A stretch of 63,769 nt of DNA from Gemmatimonadales bacterium (GTDB lineage: Bacteria > Gemmatimonadota > Gemmatimonadetes > Gemmatimonadales > GWC2-71-9), in NCBI GenBank assembly GCA_035691925.1, contig DASSIL010000164.1:1-63769 (forward strand), written 5' to 3'. Each line of letters opens with the position of its first letter. Position 1 is the first letter of the stretch. Of this stretch, positions 33,379 to 43,700 are shown in pieces. The notes under the pieces are model-generated. The model did not search any database. It was given only the letters and a program-made list of their open reading frames with translations, and had not been told where the DNA came from. A program made the translations under genes and the position numbers.

Positions 33379-33858
33379 GTGAGCAGAAGCCTGAACAAGG
33401 TCATGTTGATCGGCAATCTGGGGGCCGATCCAGAAGTGCGCAGCACGAACAACGGATCACGCGTCGCTAACATCTCCCTCGCCACCAGCCGGCAGTGGAC
33501 CGATCAGAAGGGCGAGAAGCAGGAGAAGACGGAGTGGCACCGGGTGATCTGCTGGAACAACAAGGGATCGATGCTGGCCGATCTCGCCGAGAAGTACATG
33601 AAGAAGGGTGACAAGGTGTACGTCGAGGGGCGGGTGGAATACCGCACCTGGGAGGACAAGGAGAAGCAAACCCGCTACGTCACCGAGATCGTCGCCCGTG
33701 AAGTGATTCTCTTGTCGCCCCGGGGCGGCGGCGGTGAAGGGTCGGGAGACTTTGCCCGCGCCAAAGCGACGGCGAAGGTCACTCCCGAAGGCAAGAGCGA
33801 GTCGCTCGACGCGTTCCCGGAGGCGCTGGATGAGGAGGACGACGATCTGCCGTTCTAG
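33379..33858 (+). CDS. ssb: Single-stranded DNA-binding protein
   Basis: NKVMLIGNLGADPEVR...G..VANISLATS..W.D..GEKQEKTEWHRV matches the SSB OB fold. A Gly-rich linker precedes the canonical acidic tip DDDLPF. Confidence 0.95.
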   Translation: MSRSLNKVMLIGNLGADPEVRSTNNGSRVANISLATSRQWTDQKGEKQEKTEWHRVICWNNKGSMLADLAEKYMKKGDKVYVEGRVEYRTWEDKEKQTRYVTEIVAREVILLSPRGGGGEGSGDFARAKATAKVTPEGKSESLDAFPEALDEEDDDLPF

Positions 33859-35068
33859 CCGCGTCGTGTGGGCCGTGGTGGTCGCCCTGCCGCTGGCGGC
33901 GACCCTCGCTGCGCAGCAGGACACTACCACGGCTCACCCGGCGGCCCCCCAGGACACCACAGCCCACCCGGCGGCTTCACAGGACACGGGGCTGGCAGTT
34001 CCCGGCGGAAAACACACCGTCGTCGCCGGCGAGACGCTCTGGTCGATCTCCCAGCAGAACTTTTCCGATGCGCTCTTGTGGCCCGAGATCTACCGGCGCA
34101 ACACGTCGGTAATCGAGGACCCCCATTGGATCTATCCCGGTGAGGTGCTCGACCTCGGCGGGATTGCCTCGGCGCCGGTCACCGATACCACACAGACCGT
34201 CGCCCAGCGCGAAGCCGGCGCGGACACGACGGGCGCGGCCGACACCACGCAGCTCGCCGCGCCGCCTCCCCCACCCACCGAGCCCGAGGGCCCGGGGACG
34301 ATCTTCGACCGCCGCGCCAACGCCCGGCAGCGCGTCGAAGACGTGCTGCGCGCCTACGCGCACCAGGTGTACCGGCCGGTGCGGCGCGGCGAGTTCTACT
34401 CCGCCGGCTTCCTGACTGAGGGCGAGAAGCTGCCGTGGGCGACGGTCGTCGGGAACACCGCCAAACCGTCGATTCCGGTGCTGGCGAATCCGCCGGCGTC
34501 GAACGTGGCGACGCAGTTCGAGGAAATCGCCATTCTGCCGCCGTCGCAGGCGTCGTATCACATCGGTGACTCGCTGCTCGTGGCGCGGCTCGATCGCGAC
34601 CTCAACCCCTGGGGCTCGGTCGTCGTGCCGGTTGGCGTGGCGCGGGTGACGTCGCTGCAGGAGCGTCAGGTGCTGGCGACGGTGATCATGCAGTTCGGCC
34701 GGATCCGGGGCGGGACGGTGGCGTTGCCGCTCGAGCCATTCAAGGATCCGGGCGAGGTCCGCCCGGCGGACATCGATCAGGGGTTGCAGGGTCACCTGAT
34801 CGACATGCGGGACTCGCACGTGCTCGCGACCGTGCAGCAGGTCGTGTTCCTCGACAAAGGCCGCGCCGATGGTGTGGCGTTGGGAGACGTGTTCGAGGCC
34901 TACCGCCCGGCATCGGGTGAGGTGGGCGCGCGGTCGGAAGAGGTCAGGGTGCAGCTCCTCGTGGCGCATACCCGCGAGCACACGTCCTCGGCGATCGTCA
35001 TCGGCATGTCGAATCCCCAGCTCATTCCGGGCATGCCGGTCCGGTTGATCAAGAAGATGCCCTCCTGA
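33830..35068 (+). CDS. Secreted LysM-domain protein
   Basis: The signal-like segment VVWAVVVALPLAATLAAQ is followed by the LysM motif HTVVAGETLWSISQQNFSDALLWPEIYRRN......DPHWIYPGEVLDL. The start is ATG 33830 (29-nt overlap with ssb) or GTG 33866. Confidence 0.7.
   Translation: MRRTTICRSSRVVWAVVVALPLAATLAAQQDTTTAHPAAPQDTTAHPAASQDTGLAVPGGKHTVVAGETLWSISQQNFSDALLWPEIYRRNTSVIEDPHWIYPGEVLDLGGIASAPVTDTTQTVAQREAGADTTGAADTTQLAAPPPPPTEPEGPGTIFDRRANARQRVEDVLRAYAHQVYRPVRRGEFYSAGFLTEGEKLPWATVVGNTAKPSIPVLANPPASNVATQFEEIAILPPSQASYHIGDSLLVARLDRDLNPWGSVVVPVGVARVTSLQERQVLATVIMQFGRIRGGTVALPLEPFKDPGEVRPADIDQGLQGHLIDMRDSHVLATVQQVVFLDKGRADGVALGDVFEAYRPASGEVGARSEEVRVQLLVAHTREHTSSAIVIGMSNPQLIPGMPVRLIKKMPS
33917..33990 (+). 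repeat. Imperfect in-frame tandem repeat (33 + 30 nt plus a partial unit) within the LysM protein gene
   Basis: caggacac(t)accacggctcacccggcggc... is repeated and encodes QDTTTAHPAAP / QDTTAHPAAS / QDTG. Confidence 0.7.
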
Positions 35069-35101
35069 CCGGGTAGCCGTTCCCCGGCATCGATGCAGCA
35101 C

Positions 35102-35126
35102 GGCGCGGCGGATTCCCCGCCGCGCC
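35102..35126 (+). terminator. GC hairpin after the LysM gene (possible terminator)
   Basis: GGCGCGGCGG-attcc-CCGCCGCGCC forms a perfect 10-bp stem in an 87-nt gap. The U-tract is weak (TCGTCGTCC). Confidence 0.4.
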
Positions 35127-35155
35127 TCGTCGTCCTGAGGAGGAATTGCACGCAC

Positions 35156-36100
35156 ATGAAGCGCCGAGTCTTGATAACGGGCGGCGCCGGGTTCATCGGC
35201 TCGCATCTCGTTCGCGCCCATCTCGCCGCCGGCGACGACGTGACGGTGTTGGACGATCTCTCGTCGGGGAAAGCCGAAAACCTCCCCGACGGGGTGCCGC
35301 TGGTGCGCGCCGACGTGCGCTCGAGCGAGGCCCGGGCGCTCGCCGCGACCGGCGGCTTCACGATCCTCAACCACCACGCCGCGCAGATGGACGTGCGCCG
35401 CTCGGTGCAGGATCCGCTCTACGACGCCCAGATCAACGTCATCGGCCTGCTGAACGTGCTCGAGGGGGCGCGCGCCGGGGGTGTCCGCCGTGTCGTGTTC
35501 GCCTCTTCGGGGGGCACGGTGTACGGCGACGGCGCCGCGACGCCGACCCCCGAATCCGCCGCCAAACTCCCCGCCTCCCCGTACGGGACCGCCAAGCTGA
35601 CCTCGGAGTACTATCTCGCGACGTTTGCACAGCTGTTCGGCCTCGAGGCGGTCTGTCTGCGCTACAGCAACGTGTATGGCCCCCGACAGAATCCGCACGG
35701 CGAAGCGGGCGTCGTGGCGATCTTCGGCCGGCGGTTGCTCGCAGGGGAGCCGGTCACGATCTACGGGGATGGGGAACAGACGCGGGACCTGGTGTACGTC
35801 GAGGACGTGGCGGCGGCCAATGTCATCGCCGCTGAGCGTGCGCTGCCACCGCTCAGCGGGCTCGATGCCCGGGCCTACAACATCGGGACCGGAGTCGAGA
35901 CCACGATCAACCAGCTGACGAACATCATCGCCCAGGCGGCCGGCTCGACGAGCGCCATCGGCCACGCCCCCGCGCGGGCCGGCGAGATCCTGCGCAGCGC
36001 GCTGGACGTGTCCAAAGCCGCACGGGAACTGGATTGGCGTCCGCGGGTGGCGCTGCCGGAAGGGGTGACGCGCACACTGCGCTGGATCCGGGAGGGGTAA
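35156..36100 (+). CDS. NAD-dependent epimerase/dehydratase (UDP-glucose 4-epimerase GalE-like)
   Basis: ATG 35156 is preceded by [25 protein letters not shown], the YGTAKL (YxxxK) motif and RYSNVYGPRQ are present. Confidence 0.8.
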   Translation: MKRRVLITGGAGFIGSHLVRAHLAAGDDVTVLDDLSSGKAENLPDGVPLVRADVRSSEARALAATGGFTILNHHAAQMDVRRSVQDPLYDAQINVIGLLNVLEGARAGGVRRVVFASSGGTVYGDGAATPTPESAAKLPASPYGTAKLTSEYYLATFAQLFGLEAVCLRYSNVYGPRQNPHGEAGVVAIFGRRLLAGEPVTIYGDGEQTRDLVYVEDVAAANVIAAERALPPLSGLDARAYNIGTGVETTINQLTNIIAQAAGSTSAIGHAPARAGEILRSALDVSKAARELDWRPRVALPEGVTRTLRWIREG

Positions 36101-36817
36101 GTGCTCTTGCAAGTCGGGCGGGCGGTGCCCACGACGCCGTGGGAGCTGGTGCTCACCTCGAGCCGCGAGACGAAGGTCGTGCTCGCGATCCTCGTGTTGT
36201 TCTCCGTCGTCTCCTGGTACCTGATCATTCTGAAGTGGTGGCAATTCCGCCACGTGCGGCGCCAGGCCGACCGCTTCATGAAGGAAATCGAAAAAGCGCC
36301 GCGGCTCGAAGAGGCGTATCACGCCGCGATGCGCCTGCCGTCGTCGCCGTACAACCGCCTGCTCCGCGAGGCGGTGCAGTTCTTCTCGCACCTCAAGCCC
36401 GGGGCGTTGCGCGAGCCCGCCGCCGCTCCGATGCACCCGACACTGACGATGATGCAGCTCGAGGCGCTGCGGATGGTGCTCGCCAAGGAAGTCGCGGCCG
36501 AACGCGACGCCGCGGCGCGATTCATCCCCTGGCTCGCGACCTTCGGCTCCGTGAGCCCGCTGCTCGGCCTGCTCGGCACCGTGCTCGGGGTGATGGACGC
36601 CTTCATCGGGATCGCCGTCGGCGGATCGGGAAACATCGGGGCCGTCGCCCCCGGCGTCGCGGAGGCGCTGGTGACGACGGTCGCGGGGCTCGCCGTCGCG
36701 GTGCCGGCGGTGATGTCGTACAACCTTTATGTGAACCGGCTCGGTCTCTTTGCCGGCGAGCTCGAGGGCTTCGCGCAGGAGATCATCGGCACGCTGGCTC
36801 GCGAAGGGAGGCTCTAG
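36101..36817 (+). CDS. tolQ: Tol-Pal system proton channel TolQ (MotA/TolQ/ExbB family)
   Basis: 238 aa with three TM segments. LATFGSVSPLLGLLGTVLGVMDAF and APGVAEALVTTVAGLAVAVPAV are family motifs. The gene heads a tolQRAB-pal cluster. Confidence 0.85.
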   Translation: MLLQVGRAVPTTPWELVLTSSRETKVVLAILVLFSVVSWYLIILKWWQFRHVRRQADRFMKEIEKAPRLEEAYHAAMRLPSSPYNRLLREAVQFFSHLKPGALREPAAAPMHPTLTMMQLEALRMVLAKEVAAERDAAARFIPWLATFGSVSPLLGLLGTVLGVMDAFIGIAVGGSGNIGAVAPGVAEALVTTVAGLAVAVPAVMSYNLYVNRLGLFAGELEGFAQEIIGTLAREGRL

Positions 36818-37255
36818 ATGGCGGGCCTCGTGGGGGGTGGCGGCGGCCTGCGCGGCCACGGCGAGCTGCCACTCAACGCCGACATCAACGTGACGAGCCT
36901 GGTCGACGTCGCGTTCGTGCTGCTCATCATCTTCATGATCACGGCGCCGATCATGCAGGGTGGCGTCGATGTGCGTCTGCCGCGTGCCGACGTGCGTCCG
37001 ATCGAGCCGAAGTCGGGGCTGGTCGTGACGGTGGATCGCACCGGCCAGATCTTTCTCGACCAGTCCGGTCTATCTTATGAAGACTTTCGCGCCACGTTTC
37101 CGGCGTTCGTGCGCAGCCGCCACCCGACGGGGGTATACCTGCGCGCCGACGGACGCGTCGCCTACGCCACCGTCGTCCAGGTCCTCGCGGTGATCCGGGG
37201 GGCGGGCATCAACGATGTGGGTCTCGTTGCGGAGCCGGAGGTGAAGGGGCCGTGA
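36818..37255 (+). CDS. tolR: TolR (ExbD/TolR family)
   Basis: INVTSLVDVAFVLLIIFMITAP carries the conserved Asp-containing TM segment. V.LRAD..V.Y..VV.V is also present. Confidence 0.85.
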   Translation: MAGLVGGGGGLRGHGELPLNADINVTSLVDVAFVLLIIFMITAPIMQGGVDVRLPRADVRPIEPKSGLVVTVDRTGQIFLDQSGLSYEDFRATFPAFVRSRHPTGVYLRADGRVAYATVVQVLAVIRGAGINDVGLVAEPEVKGP

Positions 37256-37938
37256 TCCGCGTGGCGCGCCAGCGGGGGAACGTGCCGCTCGGTCTCGTCG
37301 GCACGGTCGTCGTGCACGGCGTGGTGGTGGCGCTGTTCCTCGGTTCGGCGCCGGGGGCGCGTTCGGCTCCCCCCGTCTACCGGGTGCAGCTCGTCGCGGC
37401 GCCAGAAGTGCCGCCCGACGCGCGGCCCGCCCCGCCGGCGGTGCAGCGGGAAGCGGCGCAGCCCGAGCCGCCTCCTCCAACTCCCAAGCCGGCGCCCAAG
37501 AACACCGCGTCGGCGGCCGCTCCGCCGCCCGCCCCCGACACCAAGAAGCGCGAAGCCGCGCCGCGGACGACCCCCAAGGTCAAACCACTCCCCGGCGAGC
37601 GGCCCAGTACCGGGTCCGACCCGGCGACCGTGAGCACCGAAGGGATCGAGTTCCCGTTCCCGGAGTATTTGCAGAACATCGTGTCCCAGGTGCTGCAACG
37701 GTGGCAGCGCCCGCTCGAATCTTCACCGCTCGAGGCCGAAGTATCGTTCATGGTGCATCGCGACGGCTCCGTCACCGATCTCCAGTTCGTGCGCCGTTCC
37801 GGGGACTTCGCGTTCGATCTCGAGGCGCAGGGGGCGATCGAGGAGGCGGGGCGGATCAAGGCGTTCGGATCCCTCCCCGACGGCTGGGTCGCCGATGTGT
37901 TGTTCGTGCGGTTCTACTTCTCCGGAAAGCGGCAATGA
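37252..37938 (+). CDS. TolA-like protein with TonB C-terminal domain
   Basis: GTGA overlap with the upstream gene. The layout is an N-terminal TM segment, a Pro/Ala-rich spacer and a C-terminal TonB_C-like fold (YLQNIVSQVLQRW....EVSFMVHRDGSVTDLQFVRRSG...FD). The position between tolR and tolB supports a TolA role. Confidence 0.7.
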   Translation: MIRVARQRGNVPLGLVGTVVVHGVVVALFLGSAPGARSAPPVYRVQLVAAPEVPPDARPAPPAVQREAAQPEPPPPTPKPAPKNTASAAAPPPAPDTKKREAAPRTTPKVKPLPGERPSTGSDPATVSTEGIEFPFPEYLQNIVSQVLQRWQRPLESSPLEAEVSFMVHRDGSVTDLQFVRRSGDFAFDLEAQGAIEEAGRIKAFGSLPDGWVADVLFVRFYFSGKRQ

Positions 37939-39335
37939 TCGGGAACTGGCGGTCGGGCGGTCGGGCGGTCGGTTGCTTGCTGGCGCTCTGGATGACCGCC
38001 GGACCGCCCGTCCGCCTGACCGCCCAGGACACCAGCGCCATCGATCGCGGCGTCCGCATCGGGATCGTGTACCGTCCCGGCGTGCGCCCGGGCATCGTCG
38101 TCCTGCCGGGGCGCCAGGCGGGGCTCGACTCGGTGCGCGCGATGGTTGCCCGCGACCTCGATTACAGCGACCGGTTCGAAGTAATCACGCTGCCCGGCGG
38201 CGATTCGGCCCGCGGCACCGCCGCCGTACGCCCCGATCCGGCGCGACCGGGAGGGGGCTCGCGAGCGCGTCCGGCCGCGGCAGTCCTGCTCAACTATCCA
38301 TTATATCGGGCGCTCGGCGCCGACTTCGCCATCGACGTCCGGGCCGCGGCGGACACGACGGTCGTCGTGGTGCACGACGTCACCGCGGGCGCGGTGCGGC
38401 GGACGGTGCAGGGGGTCCTCCCCGCGCTGGGCCTCCCGGGATTCCGCCTGGCGGTGCACCGGCTCTCCGACCAGATCCTGCAGGCGACGGTCGGTGCGCC
38501 CGGGATGGCGGCTACCCGCATTCTCTTCGTGCGCGACGGCAAGGTGTACCGCATCGACCAGGACGGGGCCGACGTGGCGCTGGCCTCTTCGGGCGAGCAC
38601 CAGGCGATGTCGCCGACGTGGGCGCGCGACGGTCGCCGCTTCGCCTATATGGAGTTCGCCGATGGACGGGGCCAGCTGTTCGTGCAGGATGTGGCGACCA
38701 GCCGGCGGGTGAGCGTGACGACGACCGGAAAATCGCTCGACTTCACGCCGGCGTTCTCTCCCGACGGCCGCACCCTCGCCTTCAGCCGGGCGACTGAAGA
38801 AGGCACCGATGTCTACACGATCAACGTGCATGACAACTGTTGTCTGCAGCGCTTGACCCGAGGGGGCTTTTCGGACAACTTGTCACCGACCTACAGTCCG
38901 GACGGGCAACGGATTGCGTTCGTCTCGACGCGCCCCGGGTTGCCGCAGATTTACGTGATGGCGGCCGACGGCACCGACCAGCAGTTGTTCGCCCCCTTCG
39001 ATTACGGGGTCAGCGGGTCGTCGAATGCTCCGGAATGGTCCCCCGACGGCCAGTCGGTGGCATTTCACCGCGACGTCGGCGGCACGTTGCAGGTCTTCGT
39101 GCTCGACGTGCGGACCCGCACCGTGCGACAGCTCACGTCGCTGGGCCGGAATGAGGACCCCACTTGGGCGCCGGATGCGCGACATCTGGCGTTCGTCTCG
39201 GACCGCAGTGGCTACCGGCAGTTGTGGGTGATTGACCTGGAAACGGGAAGGATTCGGCCCCTCTTGCAGCAGAGCGGGGCACGACTGCCGGCGTGGTCTC
39301 CGCGCATTCCGGAGGCCGGTATAACGAACCCCTGA
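37935..39335 (+). CDS. tolB: Tol-Pal system beta-propeller protein TolB
   Basis: ATG 37935 sits in an ATGA overlap. A signal peptide is followed by repeated SP.WS/FSPDG..IAF blades (SPTWARDGRRFAY, FSPDGRTLAF, YSPDGQRIAFVS, WSPDGQSVAF, WAPDARHLAFVS). Confidence 0.88.
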   Translation: MIGNWRSGGRAVGCLLALWMTAGPPVRLTAQDTSAIDRGVRIGIVYRPGVRPGIVVLPGRQAGLDSVRAMVARDLDYSDRFEVITLPGGDSARGTAAVRPDPARPGGGSRARPAAAVLLNYPLYRALGADFAIDVRAAADTTVVVVHDVTAGAVRRTVQGVLPALGLPGFRLAVHRLSDQILQATVGAPGMAATRILFVRDGKVYRIDQDGADVALASSGEHQAMSPTWARDGRRFAYMEFADGRGQLFVQDVATSRRVSVTTTGKSLDFTPAFSPDGRTLAFSRATEEGTDVYTINVHDNCCLQRLTRGGFSDNLSPTYSPDGQRIAFVSTRPGLPQIYVMAADGTDQQLFAPFDYGVSGSSNAPEWSPDGQSVAFHRDVGGTLQVFVLDVRTRTVRQLTSLGRNEDPTWAPDARHLAFVSDRSGYRQLWVIDLETGRIRPLLQQSGARLPAWSPRIPEAGITNP

Positions 39336-39354
39336 ACAGGGAGAACCGAATACA

Positions 39355-39969
39355 ATGACACGCGTCCATTCGCTGGTCCTGATGGGCTTCGGTGTGGCGC
39401 TGCTCGTGGCGTGCGGGAAGAATCCGCAGCCGGCCGCGACCCCCGCCCCGGCGCCCAATGCCGACTCGATCGCCGCCGCCGAGCGCGCGCGTGCCGACTC
39501 GGCAGCCGCCGATTCGGCCCGGCGGGCGCAAGAAGAAGCGGAACGCATCGCCCGGCAGCGCGCCGCGGATTCCGCCGCGGCGGCCGCTGGTGCAGTGACG
39601 GAAGTGCGCAACATGCTGGCGGCGCTGATTCATTTCGATTTCGACAAGTCCACGCTGCGCCCGGACGATCAGGCCGCGCTCGATCAGAAGGTGTCGATCC
39701 TGCAGGCCAACGCCGCGGTGCGCATCCGCATCAGCGGTCACTGCGACGAGCGCGGCTCGGATGAGTACAACCTGGCGCTGGGCAACCGGCGCGCCACCGC
39801 TGCCAAGCAGTACCTCGTCAGTCACGGCATCGCTGCGGATCGCATCGAGACGGTGTCGTACGGGGAGGAGCGGCCCATCGCGACCGGCCACGACGAGGAT
39901 TCGTGGGCGCAGAACCGCCGCGATGAGTTCGAAATCCTGAGCGGCGGCGACAACCTCAAGAAGCCGTAA
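39355..39969 (+). CDS. pal: Peptidoglycan-associated lipoprotein Pal (OmpA family)
   Basis: The lipobox is LLVAC. The OmpA_C motifs are IHFDFDKSTLRPD, ISGHCDERGSDEYNLALGNRRA and NRRDEF. Confidence 0.9.
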   Translation: MTRVHSLVLMGFGVALLVACGKNPQPAATPAPAPNADSIAAAERARADSAAADSARRAQEEAERIARQRAADSAAAAAGAVTEVRNMLAALIHFDFDKSTLRPDDQAALDQKVSILQANAAVRIRISGHCDERGSDEYNLALGNRRATAAKQYLVSHGIAADRIETVSYGEERPIATGHDEDSWAQNRRDEFEILSGGDNLKKP

Positions 39970-40778
39970 TGGCCAGACGGGTTCGCAGCACGTTGAGCCT
40001 CGGCCTGGGGCTGCTTTCCGGATGCGCCCTGCGGGGCGACGTCCGCAAGGTGGAGCTCCAGGTCGAGGCGCTGCGCAGCGAGATGGCCCGCTCCGACAGC
40101 GCCCGGCGCGTCGAACGCGATTCGCTGGCGCGGGTCCTCATGGCCGTGCAGGCCACGATCGCGACGGAGCAGAACGCGCTGGTGCAGATCCGCGGAGACA
40201 TCCGCAGCGATCTGCAGGCGGTGCAACAGCAGCTCATGGCGTTGCAGGAGTTGACGGGGCAGAGCCAGCAGCGTCTTTCGGAGCTACGCAGCCGGTTATC
40301 CAATCCGGCACCGGCGCAGCCCCCGCCGGTCGATACGACGACCGGGGGAGGCGCGCCGCCCGCCGCCGCTGCCCCGGCGACGCCCAGTGGCGGCACGGGC
40401 AATCCTGGTCCCGATCAGATGTATGACCTGACGATGCAGCAGTATCGCCGGGGCAGCTTCACGACCGCCCGACTCGGCTTTCGTGAGTTCCTGCGGCTGT
40501 ACCCCAACGATGAACGGGCCTCCGACGCGTTGTACTACGTGGGGGAGTCGTTTGCCCCGGAGAATCCCGACTCGGCCTCCGCGGTGTACCAGGACGTCGT
40601 GAAGCGTTTCCCCAATTCACCGCGGGCACCATCGGCACTCTACAAGCTGGGGCTCCTCGCCCAGCAGCGGGGGGACAAGGCCGGCGCGCGGACCTACTTC
40701 GCGCGCGTTCTGGCCGGCTATCCCCGCTCCGACGAGGCCAATCTCGCCCGCGACCGGCTGCAAGCTCTGGGGCGCTAG
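39969..40778 (+). CDS. cpoB: Cell-division coordinator CpoB/YbgF (TPR)
   Basis: An N-terminal coiled coil is followed by C-terminal TPR units (F..FL..YPN...A.DALYY.GES...., VV.RFPNSPRAP.ALYKLG). It is the last gene of the tol-pal cluster, with a TAATG junction. Confidence 0.8.
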   Translation: MARRVRSTLSLGLGLLSGCALRGDVRKVELQVEALRSEMARSDSARRVERDSLARVLMAVQATIATEQNALVQIRGDIRSDLQAVQQQLMALQELTGQSQQRLSELRSRLSNPAPAQPPPVDTTTGGGAPPAAAAPATPSGGTGNPGPDQMYDLTMQQYRRGSFTTARLGFREFLRLYPNDERASDALYYVGESFAPENPDSASAVYQDVVKRFPNSPRAPSALYKLGLLAQQRGDKAGARTYFARVLAGYPRSDEANLARDRLQALGR

Positions 40779-40789
40779 CCCCGTCCGCC

Positions 40790-43700
40790 GTGGCTGACGT
40801 CTCGAACCGCGGCGAGATGCCGTTCCTCGACCACCTCGAGGAGCTGCGCTGGCGTCTGCTGAAGAGCCTGGTGGCGATCGTGCTGGGGACGCTGGTCGGC
40901 TGGGTCATTGTGCAGCGTATCGATATCATCGGGCTGCTCACCCAGCCCATCGCCGCGCACCTTCCCGGCGGCCGCCTCAACTACACGAGCCCGACCGACC
41001 CCTTCTTCATCACCCTCAAGTTCGCCTTCATCGTCGGCGTGGTGCTGTCGTCCCCGGTGGTCGTGTTCCAGCTGTGGGCGTTCCTCGCGCCCGCGTTGTA
41101 CGAGCGCGAGAAGCGGATGGTGGTGCCGTCGCTCGTGGTCGGGGTGATCCTGTTCCTTGGGGGAGCGGCAGCAGGGTATTTCCTGGCGCTGCCGCACGCC
41201 CTGTCGTTCCTCCTGGGATTCCAGAATCAGGCGCTGCAGCCGATCATCACGGCGGACCGCTACTTCGCGTTCGCGGCGCAAGTCATCGTCGCGATGGGGG
41301 CGGTGACCGAACTGCCACTCGTGATCATCATTCTGACCTCGTTCGGCGTCGTGACGCCGGAGGGGCTGCGCCGCAACCGCCGCATCGCGCTGCTGTTCGC
41401 GGCGATCCTGGCGGCGTTCCTCGCACCGCCGGACGCCTTGTCGATGGTCGTGGGCATCGCGGTGCTGCTGGTGTTTTATGAAGTCGGGATTTGGTGTGCC
41501 TGGGTGGTGACACGGCGCCGGGCGGCCGCGGCGGCCCGCGCCGGCGCCGCTGCTGCGGCGCTGTGCTTCGCGTTCGTGGCGCTGCCACGCGGCGCCGCCG
41601 CCCAGCGCCCGATCGTGCCGCCCCAGCGCCAGCAGCCCCGGCTGCCGGCCCAGCCCGGGGACACGACGCGCCGTGATAGCGTCGCCGGCCGCCTGATCGA
41701 CACGGCCACGGCGCGTAAGCTCGGTCTCCCGACCGGGCCGACGCGCTCCTTTCCTTCACCGGACGCCGTGCTCGATACCCTGCTGAAGCTGAAGGGCTAT
41801 CGCGTGACGCAGTACCTCGCCGATACGCTGCGCGTCCTCGGCGAGAGCGGCACGATCGTCCTGACGGGGGAAACGCTGCTGGACCGCGAAGGGACGAAGC
41901 TCGAAGCCGACACGGTGCATTACCGCCAGTCGAGCTGCCGGCTCGACGCGGCGGGCAATCCACGGTTGTTCGATCAAGGATCGCAGAGCAGCGCGCCGAC
42001 GGTCGTGGTCGGTGAGGGGATGCGCTACGACACGTGTCTGAAGCGGGGCACCGTGCTGCAAGGGCTGACGACGTTTCAGCAGGGCGGGGCGACCTGGTTC
42101 ACGCGCGCCAACCTCGCGATCGACTCGGGCTCGACTCGGCTCTACGGCGCGCATAGCAACATCACTTCGGACGAGCGTCCCGTGCCGGGATATCACTTCG
42201 CGGCCGGGGAGATGAAGTGGCTCAACAAGACGGTGATGATCGCCCGCCCCACGATTCTGTTCGTGAATGACGTCCCCATCATGTGGCTGCCGTTCATCTT
42301 CAACGACATCCGGCCGGGGCGCCACAGTGGGATGCTGGTGCCGCGCTTCGGGCTGAACGATCTCGTCCGGCCGACGCGTACCTACCAGCGCCACATCACG
42401 AACATCGGCTACTACATCGTGCTGAACGATTACGTGGATGTGCTGGCGTCGGCGGACTGGTACTCCGGGAGGAGCTTCGGCATCAACAGCCAGATGCACT
42501 ACAAGTGGCTGGACCGGTTTGTGGACGGCCGCTTCGCGTTCTCCCGGTTGAGCCAGCTCGACGCCGCCGCGCACTCCGACCAGATCACCTGGTATCACAC
42601 GCAGAGTTTTTCGAGCCGGACGCACTTTTCGGCAAGCGTGAACTATGCGACGAGCGCCAGCGTGGTCCAGCGCAACACCGTGGATCCGTTTCTGACCGTC
42701 GCGCAGCTCAGCTCCAGCCTGAACTTCGACAAACGGTTCGATTGGGGAGCGTTCAATCTCGGCGGCAGCATGACGCAGAACCTGTCGACCAACCTGACCC
42801 AGCAGAACCTGCCGCGGGTCTCGATCACCCCGGCGCCGATCGACCTGGCGTCGTGGATCACCTGGTCGCCGGGATTCTCCTACACCAATACCCAGACGTT
42901 CCACAGCCTGAATCCCGCGCCGCTGCTGCTGCCCAACGCGAACGGCGGGGTCGACACCCTGGCGCGCGGCTTCGACAACCGGGTGACCGACCTGGCGATC
43001 GGCACGCCGCTGCGGATCGGTCGCTGGAACTGGAACAACAACTTCACGATCGAGGACAAGGCGAGTAATCAGCGGGTCGAGTTCCTCATCTCCGATCCTG
43101 CGGATTCGACGCTGCGGCACCACGTCGTCTACGATCGGACGTTCGAGACGCGCATCGACTGGACCACCGGGTTCAGCCTGCCGCAGCTCTTCCCCGGCAC
43201 GTGGCACATCCAGCCGGGCATCGGGATCGCCAACAAGACGAGTGCCGGACCGTACATGCTGCGCAATCAGTTCACCGGCGGCCAGTTCCTGCAGCAGGGG
43301 AAGCGGCTGCAGTTCAGTCTCGGTGCCGCTCCCACCTTCTTCGGTTTCTTCCCCGGGATCGGTCCCTTCTCGCGCGTCCGGCATTCCGTCGCGTTCATCA
43401 TGAACTATCAGTACGCCCCCGGTGCCAAGGTCGACCCGACGTTCGCGCACGCCCTCGACCCGACGGGCCGGCTGCTCAACGCCAGGAGCGATCCCCAGCA
43501 GACGGTCACGCTCGGGTTGTCGCAAACCTTCGAGGCGAAGTTCAAGCCCGCGGCGGGGGACACGACCGACCAGCCGCCCCGCAAGCTCCGGCTCTTGACG
43601 CTCAATACCTCGAGCATCTCCTACAACTTCGAGCAGGCCAAAATCCCGGGCCGCGTCGGCTGGCAGACGCAGACGCTGACCAACACGTTCGCCTCGGACC

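Noticed and set aside
33977-36859. 960-aa minus-strand ORF
   Set aside because: It is antisense to the LysM gene, the galE-like gene and tolQ. The translation is low-complexity and Arg-rich, and the + strand genes carry clear family motifs.
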